Below, in pieces: positions 62,328 to 64,000 of a DNA stretch of 64,000 bases (position 1 is its first letter; the number at the start of each line of letters is the position of its first letter). The position numbers were made by a program, and so were the translations under genes. Below the pieces are notes generated by a model. That model did no database searches and had not been told where the DNA came from. It saw only the letters and a list, made by a program, of their open reading frames with translations. The stretch lies in the NCBI GenBank assembly GCA_002633005.1, contig NMRA01000362.1, forward strand, positions 372,001-436,000, given 5' to 3'. This stretch comes from Phoronis australis. Its lineage: Eukaryota > Animalia > Phoronida.

Positions 62328-62478
62328 CAAAGAGATGTTTAACATTGCGGACATTAAAAACAATAAGAAGAAAGCGACGGAACAAAAATCCAAACCCAAG
62401 TTGTCCACGTCTTCATTTATTGGTCAACAGAAGAAGATTGTTAGTAGTTATGCATATGCCAAACCTCTGATTAGCACG
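62328..62478 (+). CDS. WD40-repeat protein, coding exon 10 (Lys-rich linker); the gene continues beyond the window
   Basis: SKEMFNIADIKNNKKKATEQKSKPK...AKPLIST; cctttttcag / GTGAGT; phase 2 to 0. Confidence 0.8.
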
Positions 62479-64000
62479 GTGAGTATATAAGTGCCGAGGC
62501 TTTTTGTAACAAGATCATGAATTAATTTCCTGTAGTTAGGCATAGTTGCATTACATGTATTGCTATATTCGGAATAGTCATTGTTAAGTCCTCTTGCTGA
62601 GCATTACCTTGTCATCATAGATTATAAATAGATGATTAGATTTTGCCCTTTTGAAGATGCTATGTTTGCTGAGAAGTTAATTCCCTAACTGTTCCATTCA
62701 TGGAGCTCTCCGTGCTTCTCAGGTTTTCACCATGAAATGAACCACGTTGAAATTTGACAGTTTTCACTTGGGAAGATGTATACGAAAGTTTGATTTATCA
62801 CAAGAATTCGTTTTTTTAGCTGCTGTCAAAATTTTATCAAAATCTCTTACTAAATAAATGCTTTGTGGATTCTGACAATCTCAATAAATCCTTTTCTGAC
62901 TAAGAGAATCGTCAACTACATGCAATAATATATATAATATCAATCTCTTCAACAGGGCTGTTTAGTTGCATCAAAAGTTTTATTCCGTTGCTAATTAGTT
63001 CTGGCATAACGTGGGTTAACGTTTGGGAGAGTTTGACAGCATTCTGCTTAAGTCTGTTCAGTTTATTTTGAAAACTATTCTATGCAATTTGCTTTGTATT
63101 AAGAGGCATTTATGGAACACAAAGTCTTTACTTGCATTACAAGCTACTGCCCCACACTGCACACTAATGCCCTGTTGTCATGGTTGCGTTTACATTCTTT
63201 TAATGCAACACTGTTGTGTTTGCGACCTTGTTCTTACAGGTTAACATTCATCTTAATTGGCAAGTTGAAAAAAATGGCCTGCTTTTGAAAATGCATACAT
63301 TCTATTGAATTCGATGCATTGATTTATGTTGTCACATTGCACACTATGCATGAGGTGATAACGGCACTGTAACACCATTTCACCATATCACCTCAAAGAA
63401 TGTTAGTCACAAAGTCACTTGTTTAACTGCAACTTTGCACTACAGACTGTTGCATCATGCTAATTCATTTAATATCTAAACAAAAGAGGTCGCCACAGTG
63501 TAGAAACAACAATGTTGGGTGACTTTGGATACCTACTTTGGATCATCCATTGAATTCAGTCCAGCTGTTTGGGCTGCTAATTGATCACCAATGTAATCCT
63601 TAATGACACCTCATTATGTCTTAACACTATATATGCCTGTTGGCTGTTGGCAGCCCTGCCATATGGCTCTCTATTGTGTTGGCAGGGAATGAAATCATTG
63701 AAACTTACGCTTCAGTTCACAAATTTGATTGGGTTTTGGCTTGAAGATTCATCTGTATTAGTAATTCCCACGTCATGCTTTACACGATTCCTGACATCAA
63801 ATTCGTTTCGATCCCAGTCCCAATAAATCTGTGTTACTGAAACACGGCATTCTTCACCCGCATTTCTTGAATCACATCCACAAAAAGGACCCTATAATCA
63901 TGATTCCCGAAAAGCCTCCCCGTCATCTTCCAAATGTTGTGAGGAATGGGGAAAATGGTGGAGAACAATCTATTTATCCCACATATTGAATGGTGAATTC

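Noticed and set aside
63709-63891. Minus-strand segment with splice-like ends
   Set aside because: All three frames contain stops before the donor, and no domain is recognisable.
1-64000. CRISPR array, operon or prokaryotic defence system
   Set aside because: No regularly spaced repeat-spacer array. The genes are spliceosomal-intron-containing and the window is dominated by eukaryotic transposons.

Overview
This is AT-rich, intron-containing animal genomic DNA, probably from a repeat-rich and highly heterozygous invertebrate; the species cannot be determined from the sequence. No prokaryotic features were seen. Three host genes were reconstructed by hand from splice sites and exon phases. 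(1) The first coding exon of a minus-strand zinc-dependent MDR dehydrogenase (bacterial-type threonine-dehydrogenase-like, 6658-6757), which continues left of the window. (2) A plus-strand class A peptide-type GPCR (exons 37511-37692 and 39254-40469; the start exon is uncertain, with candidates at 19275-19283 and 29175-29273). (3) A plus-strand WD40-repeat gene with 10 phase-consistent exons (51054-62478, 416 codons) that continues past the window end. The rest is transposon debris: a degenerate Tx1/L1 LINE, a CR1/L2-group RT remnant, a Penelope-like GIY-YIG remnant with an inverted pLTR and a decayed hammerhead, a tRNA-SINE and many MITEs. The most notable observations are 22-50 bp hairpin 'micro-transposons' with 7-bp TSDs (one seen as both filled and empty site in what look like two co-assembled alleles), a set of MITE families with 5-bp TSDs, splice-junction-spanning duplications in the WD40 gene (one creating a stop-codon decoy acceptor) and a locally templated insertion. 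I found no convincing novel multi-gene system. Family assignments come from motif recognition, not database searches.
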